Origin: Centroscyllium fabricii
Taxonomy: Eukaryota
DNA: 64,000 nt
Direction of reading: 5' to 3'
Assembly (NCBI GenBank): GCA_051313645.2
Contig: JBNRSN020000028.1
Location: 9,982,001 to 10,046,000, forward strand
In this document: positions 11,094 to 22,923 of the stretch, piece by piece
Layout: each line of letters opens with the position of its first letter
Numbering within the stretch: position 1 is the first letter of the stretch
Program-made: the position numbers and the translations under genes
Notes under the pieces: model-generated
Database searches by the model: none
The model's input: only the letters and a program-made list of their open reading frames with translations
Told to the model about the DNA's origin: nothing

Positions 11094-11860
11094 CTGTATG
11101 ATATAGTTACTAATCAATCCAATAAATAATTCAGGAGAAATTTGTTTTCCCAAAGGGTGGTTAGAATGTGGAATTCGTTGTTGCATGGAATAATTGATGG
11201 GAGTAGCATCGATGCATTTAAGATAAGTCCATTGGGAGAAAGGATTGGAAGGATCTGCAGAGAGGATCTGATAAAGTAAGGAGGGAGGAGGCTTGTGTGG
11301 AGCATAATCCCGGGCACGGAACACTTGGACCGAATGGATTGTTTCTGTGCTGCCAATTCCATGTAATTATATGTAAAAGCACAAAAGAGTAGCAGGTCAA
11401 CAAATTGATTAATTGAAATGTGGGGCAAATGAAATGTGTGTCAGAAATTGTAACTTTGCTTTGTTGCTGGGTGCCTTTCCTTGGGTTAGAAAGTTGTGAG
11501 ATGGATCCTCAGTCTATACCAGAAACGTGGAATGCAATGGGATATTCCAGCGCAGTACTGAGGGAGGGTTGCACTCTCAGTACTACTTGGGAAGCATTGG
11601 GAGAGATCTTGTGAACTGATGTATAAATGGTAGCCTTAGATTATTAATGAAAAAAGAACGCTTGAGTGGTAAACAGAATATATTTTTATAAACCAGAGAT
11701 ACCTAATAAATAACAACGGCCATTTGAAAACGGTTTTTACAAATAGCCTCACAATGATGGCATTGGGTGATACCAAGTATTCACATATAACCGCCAGAAA
11801 GAGCAGCAATGATCTAAAGTTAGTCTGAAGGGAGTTTTTGCTAAAGGGGGTAATGCTGTG

Positions 11861-11923
11861 TGAATGCTGGAAGTGCCAGGAAGCTTATATTTGGAAAAGG
11901 GACAAAGTTAACTGTGGAGCCAA
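11861..11923 (+). CDS. TRAJ: J14, family A: NAGSARKLIFGKGTKLTVEP
   Basis: 12-RSS, FGKG, GT donor. Confidence 0.92.
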
Positions 11924-12646
11924 GTAGGTAATCATTAATAACTATAGACTGTCTATTTACTGGTGTGTATGTTCTCTGAACTGCCCACAACTAGTTTCTT
12001 TATACGATCAATTAATCTTGAATATTGGAATATTTATTCTGCTTCTTACTGGAGTATAGATATCATATTGCAGGATTGTTGCCAGCATTATAATCTTTAA
12101 TTAAAGTCTATAATGATTACAATCATCTGGGAACTATTTACCAGCAATTGACGTTAACTATAGGACAATAAAGACACATGCCTGTAATAGAACAACATAA
12201 GCTCTCATTAATGAACCAACCGGCTGACATTGGGAGAGAAGTGTCATAAATCCTAAGGTTTGCTCTGTTGTTGTCAGCCCGTCCTGTGCATTAGGAATTT
12301 GCGAGATGGATCCACGCTCTTTTTCGAAAACATGTAATGCAAGTTGATAGTCCAGCGAAGTTCAGAAGGAGGGTTCCACTTCCAGAACTACTTTGGAAAC
12401 CTTCGGGGAACTCTAGTGATCTTCTGTATAAATGGTAGCCTTAGCATTGCAATCCACAAGAAATGAGACATGCTTCGGTTATCAACAGAATATTTTAATA
12501 ACAATGTCACCTTTGCCTAATACTTAAAATGTTTTGTGCAGATAGTTTCACAATAATGGGAATGAGTAGTGGGTATTCAAATAAAAGCGCAGTAATCTAC
12601 TAAAATTAGTCTGATGGGAGTTTTTGTTAAAGGCCGCAATGCTGTG

Positions 12647-12709
12647 TGAATCTTGGAGGTATCAATAAGCTTATCTTTGGAAAAGGGACCAGGTTAACTG
12701 TGGAGCCAA
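12647..12709 (+). CDS. TRAJ: J15, family A: NLGGINKLIFGKGTRLTVEP
   Basis: 12-RSS, FGKG, GT donor. Confidence 0.92.
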
Positions 12710-13540
12710 GTAGGTATTCATTAATAACTGTAGACTGTCTATTTACTTACATATTTGAGTGTGTTCTCTGAACTGCCCAACTTGTATCAAATCATTTCTC
12801 TGAATGTGCAATTAATCCTGAATATTGGAACATTTATGCTGCGTATTATTGCAGTGTGGATATGATAATCAGGTATGATGAGTGATGGTTCAGATCAGTG
12901 CAGATAACGTTCCTACATTAAGCACTGTATTAACCTAAAATGATTATCTGAGTTGAACACGATATTGGAGTATGGATATCATAATTCAGGATTATTGCCA
13001 GCATTATAATCTTTAATTGAAGACTACAATGCCTACAATCATTTTGAAACGAATTACCAGCTATTGACGTTAACTGCCGAACAATAAAGACAGGTGGCTG
13101 TAATAGAACAACCTAAGCTGTTATTAGTGAACGGGCAGACTGAAAGTGGGAGAGACGTGTCAGAAATCCGATGTTTTGTCAGTTGTTATAAGCCCAACCT
13201 GTGCGTTAGAAAGTTTTGAGATGGATCTCCGCACCATACAAAAACATGCAAGAACCTTTATAGCCCGTCGAGGTACAGAGGAAGTGTTCCACTTTGAGAA
13301 ATATTTGGGAAGCACACAGGGATACCTTTATACTGCTCAAGAAATAAGTCCTGCTTGGATTATTAACAGAATATTTTCTTTAAAATGTCACATATCCGTA
13401 ATAATTAAAATGATGCATACAGATAGTTTCACAATAATGGGATTGAGTGATCCCAAGTATTCAAATGTCGCTGCCAGGCAGAGCAGTAATCTACTAAAGT
13501 TAGTCTGAAGGGAGTTTTTGCTAAAGGGGGAAGTGCTGTG

Positions 13541-13603
13541 GGAACCTTGGAGCTAATACCAAGCTTACCTTTGGAAAAGGGACAAAGTTAACTGTGGAGC
13601 CAA
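13541..13603 (+). CDS. TRAJ: J16, family A: NLGANTKLTFGKGTKLTVEP
   Basis: 12-RSS, FGKG, GT donor. Confidence 0.92.
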
Positions 13604-13926
13604 GTAGGTATTCATTAATAACTACAGACTGTCTATTTACTTACATATTTGAGTGTGTTCTCTGAACAGCCCAACTTGTATCAAATCATTTCTCTGAATG
13701 TGCAATGACTCCTGAATATTGGAACATTTATGCCGCGTATTATTGCAGTATGGATATGATCATTCAGGTGTCATGGGTGATGCCGGATTAATGCACGGAT
13801 ATGCATTTGTTAATAATTAACCTTGAATATTGATAATGCATAATTATAACATAGAGTTCATGTCATAGATAGTCAATATGTTTGGCATCGGGTAAAAGGG
13901 TTTATGCACTGGTGTGTAATGCTGTG

Positions 13927-13983
13927 TGAATAATCTCAATAAACTAACATTTGGATCTGGGACCAAACTCATGGTGCAGCCAA
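13927..13983 (+). CDS. TRAJ: J17, family B (native): NNLNKLTFGSGTKLMVQP
   Basis: ggtttatgc-12-tgctgtg; FGSG; GT donor. Confidence 0.9.
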
Positions 13984-14669
13984 GTAAGTGAAGGTTAATT
14001 CTGCATCTTCTACTAGCATGATCACAGTCAAAACATTGTTTTGTTAATAAGTAGCGTCAGCTCGTTACAATAAAAGGCAAATGTCAGCAAAGACGGAGCA
14101 GGCTGGGGATCAGTTCTCTCAGAAAGAGACGGCTGAACGGTGATTAATAGAGGTCATCAACATTATGAAGTGTTCAGACTTATAGAAGATCTTTCCACTT
14201 GTTGGGGAGACTAGAACTGAGGCTCCTCTGTATGACATAGTTACCAATAAATTCAATAAGGAATGCAGGAGAAATTTACTTACCCAGAGAGTGCTTAGAA
14301 TGTGGAAATCGCTACTGCATGGAGTGGTTGATGGGAATAGCATAGATGCATTTAAGATAAGTACATGAGGGAGAAAGGATTAGAAGGATCTGCAGAAAGG
14401 GTTTGATAAATTAGGGAGGGAGGAGGTTTGTGTGGAGCATAAACCCTGGCACAGACCAGTTGGGCCGAATGGATTCTTTCTGTGCTGCCAATTCTATGTA
14501 ATTCTATGTAAAAAGTATTTGATATGGAAGATATTAACTGTTTGCACATCAGGAAGTCAAAGGGAAAGATAAAAGTTCACAAACTCAAAAAACGGATAGT
14601 TCTTTAAGAAATAACAAGTGATGTAATGGCTGGCTGGGGGAGGTTTTAGGGTCAGTATATCCGGCTGTG

Positions 14670-14729
14670 TGCATCTTGCTGATAAGAAACTGACCTTTGG
14701 ATCTGGGACCAGGCTCAATGTTATACCAA
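14670..14729 (+). pseudogene. TRAJ: J18, family C with broken splice donor: HLADKKLTFGSGTRLNVIP
   Basis: RSS and frame intact, but the donor reads ataagt (GT->AT at 14730). Confidence 0.82.
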
Positions 14730-14986
14730 ATAAGTGAGATGTTTAAGGATGTTTGTTGTATGTGTCAGAGCATAACAGAGAAGCAGGTCGACAAATGAAT
14801 TAAAATGTGGATCAAATGAAGAAAATGTCAAAAAACATAACTTTGCTCTGTTGCTGTCAGCCCATCCTTGAGTTAGAAAGTTGTGAAATGGCTCCTACCC
14901 AAAACATGTAATGCAAGTTGATAGTTCAGCGCAGTACTGAGGGAGGGTTCCACTTTCAGAACTACTAGGGAAGCATTCGGAGATTT

Positions 14987-15382
14987 ACATAGAAACATAG
15001 AAGATAGGAGCAGGAGTAGACCATTCGGCCCTTCGAGCCTGCTCCGCCATTCAATGAGATCATGGCTGATCATCCAAACCCAGTATCCCACCCCTGCCCT
15101 CTCCCCATATCTCTCGATCCCTATCGAACCTGCACTGACACACATCCCACCCTATCCCCGTAACCCCACATATTCAATCCCCCAAACACTAAGGGTCAAT
15201 TTATCATGGCCAATTAACGTAACCTGCACATCTTTGGACTGTGGGAGGAAACCGGAGGAAACCCACGCAGACACGGGGAGAATGTGCAAACTCCACACAG
15301 ATAGTATCCGAGGCTGGATTTTGAACCCGGGTCTCCAGTGCTGTGAGACAACCGTGCTAACCACTGTGCCACCGTGCCGCCC
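14987..15382 (-). mobile_element. HE1-like SINE, full length
   Basis: Reverse complement of the 886-1288 family. Confidence 0.88.
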
Positions 15383-15395
15383 CTTCTTTCTTGTG

Positions 15396-15929
15396 ATAGA
15401 ACATAACATAGAACATAGAACATACAGCACTGTACAGGCCCTTGGGCCCTCAATGTAGTGCTGTGCTTAGTCCGTCTGATTTTTCCTGTCCCCCCTACTC
15501 TTCCTTCCCCTCCATGTACCTATCTATCATCCTTTTAAAAGCACCCAGACTGTCTGCATCCACTATTTCAGATGGTAGCCTATTCCACTCCCCGACCACT
15601 CTCTGTGCAAAGAACTTGCCCCTGCCAACCCTTCTGAATCTTCCTCCTTGAATCTTGTGCTCGTGCCCTCTTGTTGTCGTTCTTCCCACCCGGGGAAACA
15701 GTCTCTGCACGTTTACTCTATCGATCCCCTTCATCATCTTAAACATCTCTATTAAGTCCCCCCTCTTCCTTCTCCGTTCCAGGGAGAAGAGTCCCAGCTC
15801 CCTCAACCTCTCCTCGTACGACTTTCCCCCCATTCCCGGCAGCATCCTGGTGAATCTCCTCTGTACCCTCTCCAACGCCTCCACATCCCTCCTGTAGTAC
15901 GGTGCCCAGAACTGCACACAGTACTCCAA
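15396..15929 (-). mobile_element. CR1 LINE 3' fragment (ORF2 C-terminus and 3' UTR)
   Basis: EYCVQFWAPYYRRDVEALERVQRRFTRMLPG..YEERLRELGLFSLERRR.RGDLIE. Confidence 0.92.
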
Positions 15930-16178
15930 GTCTGATATATAAATGGTAACCTTAGCTTATTAATGAAAAAAGTAGGTTCTAGTTGAGTGATAAACATAAC
16001 ATATTTTAAATCAGAGATACCTAATAAATAACAATGGGCAGTTGAAAACGCTTTCCACAGATAGTATCACAATTATGGCATTGAGTGATCCCATGTGTTC
16101 AAATACAACCGCCAGACAGAGCAGCACTGAATTAAAGTCAGTCTGAAGGGAGTTTTTGCTAAAGGGGGAAACGCTGTG

Positions 16179-16241
16179 TGACTGATGGAGGTTTCAACAA
16201 GCTTATCTTTGGAAAAGGGACAAAGTTAACTGTTGAACCAA
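16179..16241 (+). CDS. TRAJ: J19, family A: TDGGFNKLIFGKGTKLTVEP
   Basis: 12-RSS (cgctgtg), FGKG, GT donor. Confidence 0.92.
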
Positions 16242-16608
16242 GTAGGTATTCATTATTAACTATAGATTTTCTATTTACTTACATATATGCGTGACTTCTC
16301 GGCACTGCTGACAATGTATCAAATGATGTCTTGATATGTTCAATTATGCCTGAATATTGGAACATTTATGCCACTTCTTATTGGAGTAGGGATATGATCA
16401 TTCAGGGAATAATGCAAGATTAGGCATTTGTTAATAATTTAACCTGGAATATTGATAATGCGTGTATATAACGTACAGTTGATGTTGTAGATAGTCAATC
16501 TGCTTGGCATCAGGTAAGGGGTTCCTGTACGGGCATGTAATGCATTGTGCAAAATTTCAGCTTATGATTTACAAACCAAGGAATCAAACATAACGGCCAG
16601 ACAGAGCA

Positions 16609-16832
16609 GTTTATTTGCCATATGTAACTAGTACAATGGAATGCTTACTCCCCATTCACTCCCACACTTATAAATGAAGAAAAGCACAAGGTAAAAAGGT
16701 AAAAACAAGTGTAAATATAGAAACAAATTAGTAATCAGAAAAACAGATAAATAACAATTGCCGTTAGCAGTTCAGTAGGCGCACTGCCTGTGGATAAAAA
16801 CTGTTTTTGAATCTGCTGGTCCTGGTTCGGAT
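16609..16832 (-). mobile_element. Rex1/Babar LINE 3' end
   Basis: Minus strand translates IRTRTSRFKNSFYPQAVRLLN, then a UTR ending ggcaaataaa. Confidence 0.8.
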
Positions 16833-16867
16833 CTGAGGGGGTTTTTGCCAAAGGGCACAATGCTGTG

Positions 16868-16927
16868 TGAATGATGGAGGTTACAAACTAACATTTGGAT
16901 CTGGGACCAAACTAATGGTGCAGCCAA
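16868..16927 (+). CDS. TRAJ: J20, family B (chimeric): NDGGYKLTFGSGTKLMVQP
   Basis: A-type 12-RSS, FGSG, GT donor. Confidence 0.9.
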
Positions 16928-17324
16928 GTAAGAGAAGTTTAATTCTGTATTCTCTATTGGGATGATCACAATCAAACATTGTTTTGTTAATAAGTATCGT
17001 CAGTTCGTTATATTTATAGGTAACTCTCAGCATAGACTAAAAGGCTAATAGAGGTCTTCAACAATATGAAGTGTTTAGACTTATAGAAGATCATTCCACC
17101 TGTTGGGGAGACCAAAACTAGGCCTCCTCTGTATGATATAGTCATTAATAAATCCAATAAAGAATTCAGGAGAACGTTATTTACCCAGAGAGTGGTTAGA
17201 ATGTAGAACTCGCTACTACATTGGAGTGGTTGATGGGAATAACATGGATGCATTTAAGATAAGCACATGATGGGGAAAGGATTAGAAGGATCTGCAGAGA
17301 GCGTTTGATAAAGTAGGGAGGGAG

Positions 17325-17725
17325 GAAACATAGAAACATAGAAGATAGGAGCAGGCCAATTGGCCCTTCGAGCCTGCTTCGCCATTCAACGAGATCATGG
17401 CTGATCATCCAAACCCAGTACCCCGTCCCTGCCTTCCCCCCATATCCCTCGATCCCTATCGAGGCTGCACTGACACATATTTCACGCTATCCCCTAACCC
17501 CACATACTTAATCGCCCTAACACTAAGGGTCAATTTATCCTGGCCAATCAACCTAACCCGCACATCTTTGGACTGTGGGAGGAAACCGGAGCACCCGGAG
17601 GAAACCCACGAAGACACGGGGAGAATGTGCAAACTCCACACAGATAGTCACCCGAGGCCGGATTTGAACCCGGGTCTCCAGTGCTGTAAGGCAACAATGC
17701 TAACCACTATGCCACCGTGCCGCCC
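17325..17725 (-). mobile_element. HE1-like SINE, full length
   Basis: Reverse complement of the 886-1288 family. Confidence 0.88.
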
Positions 17726-17984
17726 AAAATTCAGGAGGCTTGTGTGGACTATAAACCCGGGCATTGAATAGTTGGACCGAATGGGTTGTTTCTGTGCCGC
17801 CAATTCTATGTAATTCTATGTAGAGGTTATTCGGTATGGACGATATTAACAATTTGCTCATCATCAATTCAAAGATAAAAGTTGCAAAACTCATAAACGG
17901 ATTGGTATTTAATAGATACCAAGTGATGTAATGTCTGAGAATGCCTGGCTGGGGAAGATTTTAGTGTTAGTGTATCAGGCTGTG

Positions 17985-18044
17985 TGAATCTTGGTACTGC
18001 TAGGCTACTCTTTGGATCTGGGACCAGGCTCAATGTTATACCAA
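17985..18044 (+). CDS. TRAJ: J21, family C: NLGTARLLFGSGTRLNVIP
   Basis: gattttagt-12-ggctgtg; FGSG; GT donor. Confidence 0.88.
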
Positions 18045-18521
18045 GTAAGTGAGATGTTTAAGGATGTCTGTTTTATGTGTTAGAGCATAAACGAGAATCT
18101 GATCTACAAATAAATTAAAACCTGGATCTGTTGCTTCGAGTTAGAATGTTGTGAGATGGATTCTCAGTCTATACTGAAAACGTGTAATGCAAGGTGATAG
18201 TCCAGCGCAGAACTGAGGGGGGGGGGGTCCACTTTCAGAACTGTTTGGGAATCTGTCAGCGAGTTCTGGTGATCTGATATATAAATGGAAGTCTTTGCTT
18301 CTTAATGCACAAGAAATAATTCATGTTTGCGTTATAAACAGAGTAAAAATGTTAAAAGGCCATGTGTGCCTAATGATTATAAATGGTCATTTAAAATGGT
18401 TTGTGGAGAATGTTTCACAATAATGGAGTGATCCAAAGTATTCAAATATAACCGCCAGACAAAACAGCAATGCATTAAAGTTAGTCTGAGGGGAGTTTTT
18501 GTTAAAGGGGGCAATGCTGTG

Positions 18522-18584
18522 TGAATGCTGCAGCTAACGATAAGCTTATATTTGGAAAAGGGACAAAGTTAACTGTGGAGCCAA
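18522..18584 (+). CDS. TRAJ: J22, family A: NAAANDKLIFGKGTKLTVEP
   Basis: 12-RSS, FGKG, GT donor. Confidence 0.92.
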
Positions 18585-19371
18585 GTAGGTATTCATTAAT
18601 GACTATAGACTGTCGTTTTACTTACAGATATGTGTGTGTTCTCTGAACTGCGTACAATGCATCAAATCATTTCTCTAAATGTTCAATTAATCCTGAATAT
18701 TGGAACATTTATTATTTCTTATTGGAGTATAGATATGATAATTCAGTTATCATGAGTGATGGTTCTGATCAGTGCAGTTAATTGTCTGCCATTATGCACC
18801 ATATGACCGAACAATTATGATCTGAATTGAACATGATTTTGGAGTATGGATATCATAATTCAGGGTTATTGCCAGCATTATAACCTTCAATTAAAGACGC
18901 TATTGCTAACAATCACCTTGAAACTATGCACCAGCTATTGACGCTAACGACAGGACAATAAACACACATGACTGCAATTGATCAGCCTTATCTTTCATTA
19001 ATGAACCTACCGATTGACATTGGGAGAGAGGTGTCAGAAATCGTAGGTTACCTCAGTTGCTGTCACTCCATTCTTTGAGTTAGAAAGTTGCGAGGTGGAA
19101 CCCCACGCTATGATTAAAATTAATATATAAATGGTAGAGTTAGCTTCTTAATGCATAAGAACTAAGTTATGCTAGGGTTATAAACAGCATATAAAAGTTT
19201 AGAAGTCATTTATGCATAACAATTGTCAATGGTTATTTAAAATGGTTTCTACAGATAGTTCACAACAATGAGATTAAGTGATCCCAAGTATTCAAATATA
19301 ACCGTCCGACAGGGCAGGAATATACAAAGGTTAGTCTGAGGGGAGTTTTTGTTAAAGGGCGCACTGCTGTG

Positions 19372-19434
19372 TGAATGCTGGAGCCAACTATAAGCTTATC
19401 TTTGGAAAAGGGACACAGTTAACTGTGGAGCCAA
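19372..19434 (+). CDS. TRAJ: J23, family A: NAGANYKLIFGKGTQLTVEP
   Basis: 12-RSS, FGKG, GT donor. Confidence 0.92.
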
Positions 19435-19856
19435 GTAGGTATTCATTAATGACTATAGACTGTCTATTTACTTACATATCTGAGTGTGTTCTCTGCACTG
19501 CCCAAAATGTATCAAATCATTTCTCTAAATGTTCAATTACTCCTGAATATTGGAGCAGTTTTGCAGCTTCTTATTGGAGTAGGGACATGATAGTTCAGGA
19601 AATAACGCAAGAATAGGCATTTGTTAATAATTCAACGTGGAATATTGATAATCCATATATTTAACGTATAGTTGATTTTGTAGATAGTCAATCTGCTTGG
19701 CATCAGGTAAAGGCTTTCTGCACTGGCGGGTAATGCATTGTGCATAATCTCAATTTATGATGTACAAACCAAGGATTGAAACATAACGGCCAGAAAGAGC
19801 AGCACTGAACTAAAGTTAGTCTGAAGGGAGTTTTTGCCAAAAGGCGCAATGCTGTG

Positions 19857-19916
19857 TGAATGCTGGAGGTTACACACCAACATTTGGCTCTGGGACCAAA
19901 CTAATGGTGCAGCCAA
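19857..19916 (+). CDS. TRAJ: J24, family B (chimeric): NAGGYTPTFGSGTKLMVQP
   Basis: A-type 12-RSS, FGSG, GT donor. Confidence 0.9.
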
Positions 19917-19955
19917 GTAAGCAAAGTTTAATTCTGTATTTTCTATTATGATGAT

Positions 19956-20178
19956 GTGGAGGTGCCGGTGTTGGACTGGGGTGGACAAATGCAAGAAGTC
20001 ACACAACACCAGGTTATAGTCCAACAGTTTTATTTTCAATCACAAGCTTTCGGAGCTTCTGCCCCTTCGTCAGGTGAAAGAGAAGCTTCTCTTTCACCTG
20101 ACGAAGGGGCAGAAGCTCCGAAAGCTTGTGATTTTAAATAAAACTGTTGTACTATAACCTGGTGTTGTGTGACTTCTT
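19956..20178. mobile_element. Penelope-type palindromic insertion with 15-bp target-site duplication
   Basis: 186-bp inverted repeat at 19993-20178; direct repeat ttctattatgatgat at 19941-19955 and 20177-20191. Confidence 0.8.
20094..20131 (+). ncRNA. Putative minimal hammerhead ribozyme (mirror copy on - strand at 20040-20077)
   Basis: tcac-CTGACGA-a-ggggc(agaa)gctcc-GAAA-gctt-gtga: core motifs with stem I, stem II and a short palindromic stem III, as in Penelope-associated hammerheads. Confidence 0.6.
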
Positions 20179-20853
20179 CTATTATGATGATCACAGTCAA
20201 AACATTGTTTTGTTAATAGGCATCATCAGTTCGTTGCAATTAAAGATATGTATCAGCAAAAACTGAACAGGCTCGGGATCGGTTCTCTGGGAAACTGAAG
20301 CCTGAAGGCTGACCTACTAGAGGACTTTAACATTATGCATCATTTTGGTAGGTTAGACATAGAGAAGATCTTTCCACGTGTTGGTGAGACCAAAGCTAGG
20401 GCTCATCAATATTGGATAGACACTAATAAATCCAATAATGGACTCAGGAGAAAATTATTTACCCAGAGAGTGGTTAGAATGTGAAACTCGCTACTGCATG
20501 AAGTAGATGATGGTAATAGCATAGATGCATTTAAGATAAGCCCATTGGGAGAAAGGATTAGAAGGCTCTGCAGAGAGGCTTTGATACAGTAAGGAGAGAG
20601 GAGGCTTGTGTGGAGCATATACCCGGGCACGGACCGGTTGGGCCGAATGGGTTGTTTCTGTGCAGCGAATTCTGTGTCATTCTAAGTAAATGTTATTTGG
20701 TATTGACACCTTTCACATCATAAGTTTAAAGGGAAAAGCAAACATTGCAAAACTTAACTCAAAAAACAGATGCTTCTTTAAGAAACATCAAGTGATGTAA
20801 TGTCTGGGAATGTCTGGCTGGGGAAGGTTTTAGTATCAGCATATCAGGCTGTG

Positions 20854-20913
20854 TGAATGTTGGTACTACTAAGCTTATCTTTGGATCTGGGACCAGGCTC
20901 AATGTTATACCAA
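20854..20913 (+). CDS. TRAJ: J25, family C: NVGTTKLIFGSGTRLNVIP
   Basis: C-type 12-RSS, FGSG, GT donor. Confidence 0.92.
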
Positions 20914-21410
20914 GTAAGTGAGATGTTTAAAGATGTCTGTTTTATGGGTGAGAGCGTAAAAGAGAAGAAAGTTAACAAATTAATTAAAATGTGGATCAAC
21001 TAGAGAAAAGTGTCAGAAATCATAACTTTGCTCTGTTGCTGTCGGTCCATCCTCCGAGTTAGAAAGTTGTGAGATGGATCCTAAACCTGTAATGCAAGGT
21101 GATGGTCCGGCGCAGTACTGAGGGAGGGTTACATTTTCAGAACTACTTGGGAAGCATTCGAGAGTTCTGGTGAACTAATATATAAATGGTAGCCTTAGCT
21201 TATTAATGAAAAAAGTCCTGCTTGAGTGATAATCATAATATGTTTTAAATCAGAGATACCTAATAAATAACAATGGGTATTTGAAAACGGTTTCTACAGA
21301 TAGCATCACAATTATGGCATTGGGTGATACCAAGAATCAAATATAATCGCCAGACAGAGCAGCAATGATCTAGTCTGAAGGGAGTTTTTGTTAAAGGGGG
21401 CAATGCTGTG

Positions 21411-21473
21411 TGAATGATGGACTTGGCAACAAGCTTATCTTTGGAAAAGGGACAAAGCTAACTGTAGAGCCAA
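21411..21473 (+). CDS. TRAJ: J26, family A: NDGLGNKLIFGKGTKLTVEP
   Basis: 12-RSS, FGKG, GT donor. Confidence 0.92.
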
Positions 21474-21890
21474 GTAGGTATTCATTAATAACTATAGACT
21501 GTCTATTTACTTACATATCTGAGTGTGTTCTCTGCACTGTCCACAATGTATCAAATAATTTCTATAAATATTCAGTTCAACTTGAATATCGGAACGTTTG
21601 TGTCACTTCTTAATGTGGTATCGATATGATAATTCAGGGAATAATGCAAGATTCTGCATGTGTTAGTATGCTAACCTGCAATATTGATAAGGCATATACA
21701 TAATGTATAGTTAATTTCATAGATAGTCAATCTGCTTGGCATCAGGTAACGTGTTACGGGTCTGTAGTGCATTGTGCATAATCTCAATTTATGGTGTACA
21801 AATCACGTATTCAAACATAACGGCCAGAAAGAGCAGGAATGTACTAAAGTTAGTCTGAAGGGAGTTTTTGCCAAAGGGCGCAATGCTGTG

Positions 21891-21950
21891 TGAATGCTGG
21901 AGGTTACAAACTAATATTTGGATCTGGGACCAAGCTAATGGTGCAGCCAA
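21891..21950 (+). CDS. TRAJ: J27, family B (chimeric): NAGGYKLIFGSGTKLMVQP
   Basis: A-type 12-RSS, FGSG, GT donor. Confidence 0.9.
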
Positions 21951-22202
21951 GTAAGGGAAATTTAATTCTGTATTTTCTATTGTGATGATCACATGTGTTG
22001 TTAATAAGTATGATCAGCTCGTTACAATTAACGGTAACTATCAGCAAAGACTGAACAGGCTGGGGATCAGTTCTCTGGGAAACAGAAGGCAGATGGGTGA
22101 TTAATAGAGGTCATCAACATTATGAAGGGGTTAGACTTATAGAAGATCTTTCCACTTGTTGGGGAGACCAAAACTAGGGCTCATCTGCATGATATAGTCA
22201 AA

Positions 22203-22433
22203 GGCCTGGATAAATTGACCCTTAGTGTTAGGGGGATTGAATGTGTGGGGTTACAGGGATAGGGTGGGATGTGTGTCAGTGCAGGATCGATAGTGATCGA
22301 GGGATATGGGGACAGGGCAGGGACAGGGTATTGGGTTTGGATGATCAGCCATGACTTATTGAACGGCGGAGCAGGCTCGAAGGGCCGAATGGCCTACTCC
22401 TGCTCCTATCTTCTATGTTTCTATGTTTCTATG
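22203..22433 (+). mobile_element. HE1-like SINE, 5'-truncated
   Basis: 3' half plus tail. Confidence 0.85.
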
Positions 22434-22863
22434 TTAATAAATTCAATAAAGAATTCAGGAGAAGGTTACTTAGGCAGCGAGTGCTTAGAAGGTGGAACTC
22501 GCTACTATATGGAATAGTTGATGGGAATAGCATAGATGCACTTAAGATAAGCCCATTGGGAGAAAGGATTGGAAGGATCTGCAGAGAAGGATAAATAAAG
22601 TAGTGAGAGAGGAGTCTTGTGTGGAGCATATACCCGGGCACAGAGCACTTGGGCCGAATGGGTTGTTTGTGTGCTGCCAATTCTTTGTAATTCTATGTAA
22701 AAGTTATTTGGTATGGAAGATATTAACAGTTTGCACAGCATAAATTCAAAGGAAAATGTACACATTCCACAAATTAACTCAAAAACAGATGGTTCTTTAA
22801 GAAATAACAATTGATGTAATGTCTGGCTGGGGAATGTTTTAGGAATTAGTATATCAGGCTGTG

Positions 22864-22923
22864 TGAGTATTACTGCTGATAAGCTGGTCTTTGGATCTGG
22901 GACCAGACTGAATGTTATACCAA
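22864..22923 (+). CDS. TRAJ: J28, family C: SITADKLVFGSGTRLNVIP
   Basis: tgttttagg, 13-bp spacer, ggctgtg; FGSG; GT donor. Confidence 0.85.

Noticed and set aside
18217-18227. G runs here and near 58028-58039
   Set aside because: Simple homopolymer expansions with no supporting structure
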